This document shows positions 1 to 9,917 of a DNA stretch of 41,109 nt, piece by piece. Position numbers and translations under genes: made by a program. Positions within the stretch are counted from its first letter, which is position 1. The number at the start of each line of letters is the position of its first letter. Source of the stretch: Hydrurus foetidus (taxonomy: Eukaryota); the NCBI GenBank assembly GCA_900617105.1, contig UYFQ01000328.1, positions 1 to 41,109 of the forward strand, read 5' to 3'. Below the pieces are notes generated by a model. It did no database searches and was not told the origin of the DNA. It was given only the letters and a program-made list of their open reading frames with translations.

Positions 1-2268
1 GCAAATCTGTGAAGTATACCTCGACGACATCATCGTTCATGGTAATGGATTTGATCAATTCTGCGAGCGTTAGAAATCCTTTTCAACGCCTAGAAAACAA
101 AAACATTGCACTAAAAGCCGCAAAGCTAAAACTAAATGTGCGAATAGTTGAATATGTCGGTAGACAAATATCTAAAGAAGGTATAACTATGAGTTCCAAA
201 AAAATAAGAAGTGTGACCGCACTCCTATGCCACGAAAGACGACTGAACTTAGATCGTTCCTCGGACTCACCAATTATTTTCGGGATCATGTACCAAATCA
301 CTCCAACGTGGTAGCACCACTGCACAAAATTATAGATCACGCCGCGAAAAAGCAATCAATGCTAATCTGGACAGGTGACGCCGCAAATTCTTTTCAAAAG
401 ATAAAAGATCTAATTGCAAAGAGTCCTTTATTATATTTCATACACGATACAGCGCCCATTACCCTCATGACCGACGCGTCAGACTACGGGATCGGCGGCT
501 ATTTGTATCAAGAAGTCGACGGAGAAAAACAACTCGTCGCTCTCGTAAGCAAGTCTCTTACCAAGACTCAACTGAAATGGTCAGTAATACAAAAAGAAGC
601 CTTCGCGCTATACTATTGCTGTACTTATCTCGACGCACTGCTACGAGACCGTAAATTCACAATCCTAACAGACCACAAAAATCATACGTTCCTAGAAAAG
701 GATAAAAACGAGATGGTCGGTAGATGGCGTATGGCTCTGCAGGAACTAGAATATATGATAGGGTACATCCCGGGAAAACAAAATGAAATTGCTGACGCAA
801 TGTCTCGCCTATGTTTAAACAGAATGCCTCCTAAAACAGGAATAATAGCAGCAATTCTGACACACAAACCAATAACGACAGAGCAATATAACCTAATTGC
901 AACGTGCCATAACACGATAGTCGGACATGGTGGTGTACAACGCACACTGCGTAATTTAAAAAAACAAATAACATATGGCTGGGAATGCGTGACGCAGTAA
1001 AAACATTCATTAAAAATTGTCCGTGTTGCCAAAAGATGTCGGCAATGAAATATCCCATCAACGCATACCGGTACACAACCTCACATACAACCAATGGAAT
1101 GCCTTAACATAGACTTCATTGGTCCATTTCCCGATAAAGGATATATCCTTGTTATGATCGACACCTTCTCAAGGTTTGTCGAACTCTACGCAACACCTGA
1201 TGCAACAGCCAAATCAGCGTGCACAGCACTTGTAGAACACGTGGGACGCTACGGCTCACCATGTATACTTCGATCAGATAATGGACCCCACTTCGCAAGC
1301 CACATCATAGATGAGTTTGTGAAGATTGTTGGAACAACACACAACAAAATATTACCATACTGTTCAGAAGAAAACGCTATCGTCGAGCGAATCAACAAAG
1401 AAATCAATCGCCATATAACCGCGTACGCATACGAACGGGCAACTACGGAAAACTACGCGGAAATATTACCGTTTGTACAAAGAATACTAAATTCAACCGT
1501 AAATGACCGGATGAAAGTGTCTCCAGCACAACTCATCTATGGCAACGCGATCGACCTCGACGCAAACATCCTCCTTCCGAGAGATGAAATTGATTTAGAT
1601 TTCGACTCACTCACACGGTCAACTGATAAAATGTTAACGTTGCAAGATGAACTCATCGAAATCACAGCACGTCTACTCAAAGAATCCGACGACTTGCACA
1701 ATGCACAACAACTTCCCAACGTCACACAGTTCGGAGTCGACACATTTGTACTTGTCCAACAAAGAACATCACCAGAAACGCGCATGCACACACTGTGGCG
1801 CGGCCCAATGCGAGTTGTCAGCCACAACTTCGCAGAGTATACATTACTCGATCTGGTGACACACAAAGAAAAATTGTACCACATGACCCAACTCAAACCG
1901 TTTCACTTTGATCCTACGCATGTCGATCCAACTGACATTGCTCGTAGAGATTATCTGGAATTCTTCATAGAGGAAATCCTAGAAATGAAAGGAAACATAA
2001 GAGTCCGTTCGGTAGCTTTCTTTTTTACTGGTTTACCCCCACATACCCCAGGATTCGCTGGCTTTTTGGAATCCACTGGATTGACGAATCCAGCGGAGTG
2101 TTCGACGGAGAAAAAGGCAGTGAAATTTCTTGAAAGCCACTGGAATAATTATCCAACTTTTTCTGGGATCTCAGTTGGATATATTCGTTGGCTTGAGCTC
2201 AACTGAAGCCATCGAGATACTTCTACAAGCACAACACAGACCAGTGCATTCCAATCAAAGTTGTCAAC

Positions 2269-3135
2269 ATGACAGATCGTGCCATTTGGACAGAAGACAG
2301 CATCAGTTCTTTCATCAAAGCGATGGTAGCGGAAGTAGGTCGTGGATGCTGGGTCGACTCCGGATTCAAGAAGGATGGTTGGAAGCGAATCGTCGACGCC
2401 CTTCATCTCTTGTCGGATCTCAAATACACCAAACAGCAGTGCCAATCAAAATACAAGAATCTGAAGGAGAAATACACCATTTACGCGGTTATCATGGACA
2501 ACTCGGGTTTTGGTATTGATCCGAGGACGGATGCACCTACAGCTCCAAAATCAGTCTGGGATGCTATGATAGCTGCCCATCCTTCTGCAGCCCAGTTCCG
2601 CAATAAGGCATTGCCTGACTATGAAAGTTTAGAGGAAATCTTTAGTGGCAAGACTGCAACAGGCGTCTACGCAAAGTCGTCGGTAGCGCTTACGCCAACT
2701 CCTCTTGTAGCTGTCGCTTGCAATCCGGAGCCGGACTTTGCCGCAGAATGGCTCTCAGGCCAAAAACGTGAAAAAACGGAAGCAACCGATACCGATTCCT
2801 CAAGCGATGATGAGCCTGCAGCCGTGAAGAAATTACCTGCCGTGAAGCCTTTACCGCTGAAAAGACTAGCGAGAAAGCTGAAAGAGAATCCCCAAGCAGA
2901 AGTAATCAAACTGCTTTCTACTATCGTATCTAACCAAGGTGCACTAGTTCAGCATCACACAGCTGCGAGTAGCCTAACCCAGGCGTTGAATATCTTCAAG
3001 GAAAAGTATTCCGCCAACTTCACCGCCACCGAGAGACTCAAATTTCAAAGGTACCTCAAAGAAAATTGCGAAATTTTCATCTCACAGGATGCTGAGGAGC
3101 AAGAAGCTAGCATCCAAGAGTGTTTAGAGAACTAG
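2269..3135 (+). CDS. Harbinger Myb/SANT-like DNA-binding accessory protein (288 aa)
   Basis: W-T...GFKKDGW...QCQSKYKNLK...SGFG...W...HP...FRNK pattern of Myb/SANT-like proteins; lies inside the Harbinger TIRs. Confidence 0.9.
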   Translation: MTDRAIWTEDSISSFIKAMVAEVGRGCWVDSGFKKDGWKRIVDALHLLSDLKYTKQQCQSKYKNLKEKYTIYAVIMDNSGFGIDPRTDAPTAPKSVWDAMIAAHPSAAQFRNKALPDYESLEEIFSGKTATGVYAKSSVALTPTPLVAVACNPEPDFAAEWLSGQKREKTEATDTDSSSDDEPAAVKKLPAVKPLPLKRLARKLKENPQAEVIKLLSTIVSNQGALVQHHTAASSLTQALNIFKEKYSANFTATERLKFQRYLKENCEIFISQDAEEQEASIQECLEN

Positions 3136-3182
3136 AACCGTTTTTGTTTTAATTATAATTACGCTTTCAATCACTCATCTCA

Positions 3183-4388
3183 TTAGATTTCTTCGTCCTC
3201 CTCTTCAGAAGCATAACCTGGTTCGTTTGCATAAATGACATGATCATCCCACATGGCAGTTGCTATGTCCAGTCTCCACTGTTTTAGCGCATTGTTGTTA
3301 CCGAGGACTTCTTCAACATCGTCATCATCATCATTGTTGACGCCTCCGTCAGCTCCAGCTACCTCTGGTTCGTTGTATTCGTCTTCGCACAACTGATTTG
3401 AGCGGATAAAGTTATGCATCATCAACGCACACATAACCAGGTCGCATTGAAACCGGAAGTCGTACGATTTCATCACGACAAGAATCTGGAACCGCTTTTT
3501 AGCAACCCCGAATATCCTCTCAATCTCGTTCCTTAATCCCGAACGGCGGTAATTATACAGCTCCTTAGCGTTCTGTGGCCTCTGATTCAATGGACCGTAC
3601 TCCTTCAAATGATATCTCACTCCCCTGAAAGGTGTGAGCACTTGCCACGATAGTGCGTATCCGGCATCTCCTAAATAGTATTTGCCAGGAAATAGAGGCA
3701 GCCCCTTAGTTTTCGCATCCCTCAACACTCTACTGTCATGCGCACTCCCCTCCCACCCCGCGAGAACATACGAAAACGTTTGGTCAAAGTTGGCCACAGC
3801 TAGGACATTCTGCGACAGGAACTTTTTCCGATTTCGGAACGATTTCTGCTCGTCGACTGGTATGACAGCCGGAATATGGGTGCCGTCCACAGCACCGATG
3901 CAATTGTCAAAATAAGGTGTATACTTGTGAGAACTGGATATCCTTAATAGTACGGGATCGTTAAGCTTCGGCGGATAGAAAAAGCGATTCTGACAGCGCA
4001 TCATGATAACGGCAATTTCATGCACAACGAGCGAAGTCGTTGACCCCGAGTGCTGCCATCTCTCACACACTTGTCTGTTCGAGTTCCCTACCAGGACAAG
4101 GATGAACATGAGTAACTTCTCTCCAGCTGACAGATATTTAGAGTCAACTAAACCTCCATGTGTTTCCAATAGATTCAATAGCAGGTGGAATGTTGAGTTA
4201 TCCATGCGTGTAACATTCTTGAATCTCGCTACATTCTCAGTATTGAGCAGTTCGCATAGATACATTTGACCAGTAAGAACTGAATCATGCTGAACGGTAC
4301 GCTCTTTTTTTTCTTCCAGGATGCCACTTTTCAAAACAATTGATACCAGAGAAATGGTGTCAAGTCCCATGAATCCAACTTCATCCAT
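3183..4388 (-). CDS. Harbinger/HARBI1-like DDE transposase (401 aa)
   Basis: GAVDGTHI, NRK, GWEGSAHDSRVL, YYLGDAGY and EIERIFGVAKKRF motifs; uninterrupted ORF. Confidence 0.95.
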   Translation of the reverse strand: MDEVGFMGLDTISLVSIVLKSGILEEKKERTVQHDSVLTGQMYLCELLNTENVARFKNVTRMDNSTFHLLLNLLETHGGLVDSKYLSAGEKLLMFILVLVGNSNRQVCERWQHSGSTTSLVVHEIAVIMMRCQNRFFYPPKLNDPVLLRISSSHKYTPYFDNCIGAVDGTHIPAVIPVDEQKSFRNRKKFLSQNVLAVANFDQTFSYVLAGWEGSAHDSRVLRDAKTKGLPLFPGKYYLGDAGYALSWQVLTPFRGVRYHLKEYGPLNQRPQNAKELYNYRRSGLRNEIERIFGVAKKRFQILVVMKSYDFRFQCDLVMCALMMHNFIRSNQLCEDEYNEPEVAGADGGVNNDDDDDVEEVLGNNNALKQWRLDIATAMWDDHVIYANEPGYASEEEDEEI

Positions 4389-4936
4389 TGTCGGTCTGAT
4401 GATCTCTCTGCTTTCGAGTCCAATCTGTCACAACCAGCATCTACCATCTGAAGAGAAAACTCGATGTTCGGAAACTCAATCCACTGGATTCGTCGATCCA
4501 GTGGATTTCACTATTCCACTGGATCCATGAATCCAGTGGAATAGAAAATGGAAGTTACCGAACGGAGCCTAAGAGCATACAAATCACTCACATTTCATGT
4601 GAAATGGCTCAACTACACCCATGAACACAATACATGGGAACCGTGGACACACATGCGTAAAGCGCAAAAAGTACATGAGTTCTTAATCAAAAAGAACCTC
4701 AAACACTTAATACCACGCAAATTCATCGCAAACTACCGTTAACCGGTAAAACAAAAATAGAAAATTGATTAACTAAATCATAAAGATTCCTCCTAAATTG
4801 GATCCTCAGGGATTTTAAGGAGGTTTATTCAGTAAGGAACTTTCAGTTCTTAGTCTGAAATAGTTATTCAATAAGTTACTTAGTTACTCATAGTTAGTAT
4901 TTTGATGATGAATTTTGTCATTTAGTACACCCCTTT

Positions 4937-4949
4937 AGAGAGAGAGGGG
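4937..4949 (+). promoter_or_regulatory. Polypurine tract of Gypsy A
   Basis: AGAGAGAGAGGGG ends 3 nt before the LTR start TGTGACCC. Confidence 0.8.
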
Positions 4950-4952
4950 CAC

Positions 4953-5169
4953 TGTGACCCGCACACCCGTACGGGCTGTACGGGTACAGGCGTACGTTCG
5001 GACCGGATCGAGGACGATCCGATCCATCCGATTCATTGCCATGATACCTGCTGTGTTTATCTGTAAGCTAACCACATTGTTTCCATAGCAATAGCTCTTC
5101 CAGCACCCTTTCCCTTGCTCCCGCTCCCAGCCGTCCCGCTCCCAGTGCCTAGATCCTAGTGAGGCCACA
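4953..5169 (+). repeat. 3' LTR of Gypsy A (217 bp; duplicated at 6773-6989)
   Basis: Starts TGTGACC right after the PPT and ends GGCCACA (revcomp TGTGGCC). Copia coding sequence resumes immediately after. Confidence 0.75.
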
Positions 5170-5695
5170 CCATGACGGACCAACCGACATAGACGCCATG
5201 ACCATGGTACTACAGCTGAAGTTCCAGTGCGATGCAGATCTAGGTGATAACCAAGATAACCACCACTCCCAGACCTGCTACCTCGGATACCTCGCTGGAA
5301 GCCTCATCTGCTGGTGTTCCACCGATCAAGGGTCAGTATCCACGTCCACAGCGGAATCAGAGATCAAGGCTGTCAACCACGCACTCAAGTCGGAAGTCAT
5401 CCCAACTTGCGGTATATTAGAGATGATAGGGTGGAAACAGGATCCAACCATCATCGAAGAGGACAACCAGCCTTGCGTGTACTACTCAAAGACCACTCAC
5501 ATGACCCGAAACCTGCGCCACCTATCACTCGCAGAAGCGTATGCCAAGGAGAGGGTGCAAGACGGCACGTGCACTGTGATCAAAGTGGTCTCTGAAGACA
5601 ACAACTCGGACATTGGTACCAAGAGGGTAACACTACCCATCTTCACTAAACTAACATCCAAAATTGTTGATAGGACACTCAGAAATAATTTATAA
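5170..5695 (+). pseudogene. Ty1/Copia RNase H (3' end of pol) of the element that hosts Gypsy A; second copy 6990-7515
   Basis: CDADLG...ICWCS..Q..VSTSTAESEIKA...EEDNQ...NLRHL...NNSDIGTK is the Copia RNase H signature. Confidence 0.9.
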
Positions 5696-5867
5696 ATATC
5701 TTTTGTAATCTTTTGCGTATTATTTAATATTTTACAATGCATTTTGTAATTTTTTAGTATTCTACTCACACAGTAGTCTATAATTTTTTTGCAATTTGTT
5801 ATTTGTCTTATATTATTGATAGCTCAATAGCAAACATGCACTCATATACATACATACATCTTCACTA

Positions 5868-5994
5868 CGGGGAGTGTCAGACTAACCACCAACGTAGTTA
5901 CGTCTGTTGTACAGTAGCAGATATAGTAGTATAGATACACGTTAGGTAGTACTATATACATATATGCGTAACCGTACGTACACCGTACATACCA
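5868..5994 (+). repeat. Copia PPT (CGGGGAG) and short 3' LTR starting TGTCAGAC at 5875; right end approximate
   Basis: Purine tract followed by TG downstream of the Copia RNase H stop. CA candidates at 5988-5989 and 5993-5994. Confidence 0.55.
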
Positions 5995-6380
5995 GATATG
6001 GCCGTTGGCGATACATCCCATATCCGAAAGCATCCTTTCAGTGCCAACAACTGCTATGATCTTTCTTGCAACGTCACACATGATTTCACCTCTACCTTGC
6101 TCGCCACCTCGTTTGCCAGGTAGCCGATCACATGTTAGTTGCATATGCAGATTGCCAACTACAGATCTTCTGTATCTTGTAAACCTAAGCAGATCTTAAT
6201 CGATATAGCTTGCAGTTTCGCCGACACAGCGTTCTAGTCGAGTCTTGGAGTTCTACTGCAGTAGCCTCCACACCAGTTGGAGTATACATCATCAGGTGAT
6301 ATCCTTTAGCCAGATCCACAGCACCAAAATACATCCACGCCTCTGGCATTCTCACTTTCAGTCCTGAAAAATGCATTATT
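5995..6380 (-). pseudogene. Highly decayed Gypsy-like reverse-transcriptase remnant (second copy 7815-8200)
   Basis: YFGAVDLAKGYHL resembles the RT 'DLxxGYHQ' motif. Downstream another frame reads SYID*DLL, a disrupted YIDD. Confidence 0.5.
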
Positions 6381-8318
6381 CATGCCTTACAAAAGGTTTT
6401 GCCTTTTTCACATTTCATGTGAAATGGCTCAACTACACTCATGAACACAATACATGGGAACCGTGGACACACATGCGTAAAGCGCAAAAAGTACATGAGT
6501 TCTTAATCAAAAAGAACCTCAAACACTTAATACCACGCAAATTCATCGCAAACTACCGTTAACCGGTAAAACAAAAATAGAAAATTGATTAACTAAATCA
6601 TAAAGATTCCTCCTAAATTGGATCCTCAGGGATTTTAAGGAGGTTTATTCAGTAAGGAACTTTCAGTTCTTAGTCTGAAATAGTTATTCAATAAGTTACT
6701 TAGTTACTCATAGTTAGTATTTTGATGATGAATTTTGTCATTTAGTACACCCCTTTAGAGAGAGAGGGGCACTGTGACCCGCACACCCGTACGGGCTGTA
6801 CGGGTACAGGCGTACGTTCGGACCGGATCGAGGACGATCCGATCCATCCGATTCATTGCCATGATACCTGCTGTGTTTATCTGTAAGCTAACCACATTGT
6901 TTCCATAGCAATAGCTCTTCCAGCACCCTTCCCCTTGCTCCCGCTCCCAGCCGTCCTGCTCCCAGTGCCTAGATCCTAGTGAGGCCACACCATGACGGAC
7001 CAACCGACATAGACGCCATGACCATGGTACTACAGCTGAAGTTCCAGTGCGATGCAGATCTAGGTGATAACCAAGATAACCACCACTCCCAGACCTGCTA
7101 CCTCGGATACCTCGCTGGAAGCCTCATCTGCTGGTGTTCCACCGATCAAGGGTCAGTATCCACGTCCACAGCGGAATCAGAGATCAAGGCTGTCAACCAC
7201 GCACTCAAGTCGGAAGTCATCCCAACTTGCGGTATATTAGAGATGATAGGGTGGAAACAGGATCCAACCATCATCGAAGAGGACAACCAGGCTTGCGTGT
7301 ACTACTCAAAGACCACTCACATGACCCGAAACCTGCGCCACCTATCACTCGCCGAAGCGTATGCCAAGGAGAGGGTGCAAGACGGCACGTGCACTTTGAT
7401 CAAAGTGGTCTCTGAAGACAACAACTCGGACATTGGTACCAAGAGGGTAACACTACCCATCTTCACTAAACTAACATCCAAAATTGTTGATAGGACACTC
7501 AGAAATAATTTATAAATATCTTTTGTAATCTTTTGCGTATTATTTAATATTTTACAATGCATTTTGTAATTTTTTAGTATTCTACTCACACAGTAGTCTA
7601 TAATTTTTTTGCAATTTGTTATTTGTCTTATATTATTGATAGCTCAATAGCAAACATGCACTCATATACATACATACATCTTCACTACGGGGAGTGTCAG
7701 ACTAACCACCAACGTAGTTACGTCTGTTGTACAGTAGCAGATATAGTAGTATAGATACACGTTAGGTAGTACTATATACATATATGCGTAACCGTACGTA
7801 CACCGTACATACCAGATATGGCCGTTGGCGATACATCCCATATTCGAAAGCATCCTTTCAGTGCCAACAACTGCTATGATCTTTCTTGCAACGTCACACA
7901 TGATTTCACCTCTACCTTGCTCGCCACCTCGTTTGCCAGGTAGCCGATCACATGTTAGTTGCATATGCAGATTGCCAACTACAGATCTTCTGTATCTTGT
8001 AAACCTAAGCAGATCTTAATCGATATAGCTTGCAGTTTCGCCGACACAGCGTTCTAGTCGAGTCTTGGAGTTCTACTGCAGTAGCCTCCACACCAGTTGG
8101 ACTATACATCATCAGGTGATATCCTTTAGCCAGATCCACAGCACCAAAATACATCCACGCCTCTGGCATTCTCACTTTCAGTCCTGAAAAATGCATTATT
8201 CATGCCTTACAAAAGGTTTTGCCTTTTTGAAAAGTTTTGCCTGTATCTCCCCCCCCCCTAGGGAAAAGTTTTAGGACGTGATTATAGATAAGACTGCGCC
8301 TCCCCGTTTGACACCTGC

Positions 8319-8466
8319 GTCTGCCCATACGCAGTACGCGCGAATATACGCAAACTGGATTTTTGCGTACATACGCGCGATACACACGAACTTTACGCGT
8401 AATATGCGTATGCGTACATACGCAATTCTCGAAAATGTGCGATTGCTTTTTTGGGTATGGGCAGAC
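8319..8466. mobile_element. Small MITE-like element with internal (A)TACGC repeats
   Basis: 12-bp inverted ends GTCTGCCCATAC / GTATGGGCAGAC and many TACGC/GCGTA motifs inside. No clear TSD. Confidence 0.5.
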
Positions 8467-8788
8467 AGACACAGTTTTGACACACAACGTACCACTTTTA
8501 AGATCGTCCGGTCTCCTTGGGGTAGAAAATGAAAAAATCAAATGATCGTACTAATCCTTTCTGCGAATTTTTCTGAGAGCAACTGTTCAAACGACACAGA
8601 CGGACGAATGTCCGGGATCAATCTAACTACTGTTGTGACAGATGACTGCGGAAGGATACAGACTCTGGAGATCGTATTTAAAACGAGATATCCAAGCGAA
8701 AACTGCGGAACTTGTTTTTAGTCGAGATTATTTCCGACAGCCGTAGTTGGATAGTGTCGAATTCCCCGCTCCTCCACAACTTGGCGCA

Positions 8789-9450
8789 ATGCAAAACATC
8801 AAATGCGTTGTTTGTGGCGATGGTGCTGTAGGAAAGACTGCCCTACTGATTTCCTACACCACAAACAAATTTCCTCATGAGTACATTCCCACCGTATTCG
8901 ACAATTACACTGCGAATGTGATGGTAGATGGGAAACCTGTGAATCTTCAGCTTTGGGACACAGCTGGACAAGAAGATTACGACAGACTGCGACCCCTATC
9001 ATATCCATTGACGGACATATTTATCCTGTGTTTCTCGATAACTGCACCCTCCTCATTCGAGAATATCAAGAGTAAATGGCACACAGAAATTGCCCGACAT
9101 GCACCAGGCACTCCTTTCATACTGGTGGGCACTAAATTGGACACGAGGGCGGACAACAACATAAATGCGCAACTAATTGCTAAACGGCAGGCGCCGATTA
9201 CGAAAGCTCGTGGAGAGGTTCTTTGCACTGAGTTGAAGGGATTTAAGTATGTGGAGTGCTCCTCGCTAACGCAAGAAGGACTGAAGCAAGTCTTCGACGA
9301 GGTAGGAGCATAAGCAATAATAAGAGAAAACGTCAGCGTGCAATCTTAACAAAACTTTGCCTAATTCTATCGCAGGCCATTCGTTGTGTCCTCATAAAGA
9401 GATACAAATCCACGTTGAAGAAAACAAAATCAGGTTGCCTCATTCTGTAG
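8789..9450 (+). CDS. RAC1: Rac-type Rho GTPase, 195 aa; exons 8789-9301 and 9376-9450
   Basis: [57 protein letters not shown] intron with CTAAT branch point. Polybasic tail plus CaaX (CLIL). Confidence 0.95.
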
Positions 9451-9917
9451 ATAAATTATGCTCTGACAGCAAGAGATAAGAAGTAAATTACATTCGTAGC
9501 ATAAAACGAGAATGGCTCTGTTTGAAGTCCTTTATCCAAAATTACCATTCCCAATGCATTCATCTCTGGGTGTCGACTAGAGTACTCTCTGCTGCTCTTT
9601 TAGGCTGTACAGAAGATGTCTTTGCTTCTAGATGCTTGTTGAGAAACTCTTACCTCACCCACAAGAAGGCTGCACACCTCGCTGTTATTAAAGTGTAAAT
9701 ACTAAAAGTGATGTAATAAGAAAGCTTTTGTCGTTGAGGAACTATTTAATGATTTACACTTTCCATAACGCGGCGTACTACGGTACGAGTTCTGTACATG
9801 ATCTATGATCTTTCTTTATGCTTCGATTCGAAATAAAAGCGTCTTGAATAGGCATTTTATTCAATAATTTCAAGGGCAGTGAAATTAATGTAATCGAGGG
9901 GTAGGAGAGAGGCCTCC

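Larger units (their letters stand above)
2001..4569. mobile_element. PIF/Harbinger DNA transposon, apparently autonomous
   Basis: TAA target-site duplication at 1998-2000 and 4570-4572. Imperfect TIRs GAGTCCGTTCGGTAGCTT / revcomp GGCTCCGTTCGGTAACTT. Convergent Myb/SANT-like and DDE genes. Confidence 0.95.
8..4742 (+). pseudogene. pol: Gypsy pol (RT-RNaseH-integrase-chromodomain), frameshifted and split by insertion at 2001-4569
   Basis: ORFs 9..314, 227..1000, 1094..2206 and 4548..4742. Removing the insertion and one TAA restores ...EEILEMKGNI-RAYKSLTFHVKWLNYTHEHNTWEPW (chromodomain). Confidence 0.9.
1..5169 (+). mobile_element. Ty3/Gypsy chromovirus-type LTR retrotransposon A (5' part outside window), interrupted by a Harbinger
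   Basis: Domain order RT (YLDD at ~17-28), RNase H (TDASDYGIGG), integrase (HHCC, LNIDFIGP, RSDNGPHF, ENAIVER), chromodomain, then polypurine tract and TG...CA LTR. Confidence 0.95.
4589..8228. repeat. 1,820-bp head-to-tail tandem duplication (4589-6408 / 6409-8228)
   Basis: Constant 1,820 offset of all ORFs. About 8 substitutions and no indels seen by eye. Junction gccttttt|cacatttc. Confidence 0.97.

Noticed and set aside
2001..2206. C-terminal extension of the integrase ORF 1094..2206
   Set aside because: It is read-through into the Harbinger left end, not genuine integrase sequence.
6192..6207. TAA inside YID-D as a Harbinger excision footprint
   Set aside because: There is no pre-existing TAA to duplicate; ordinary decay explains it equally well.
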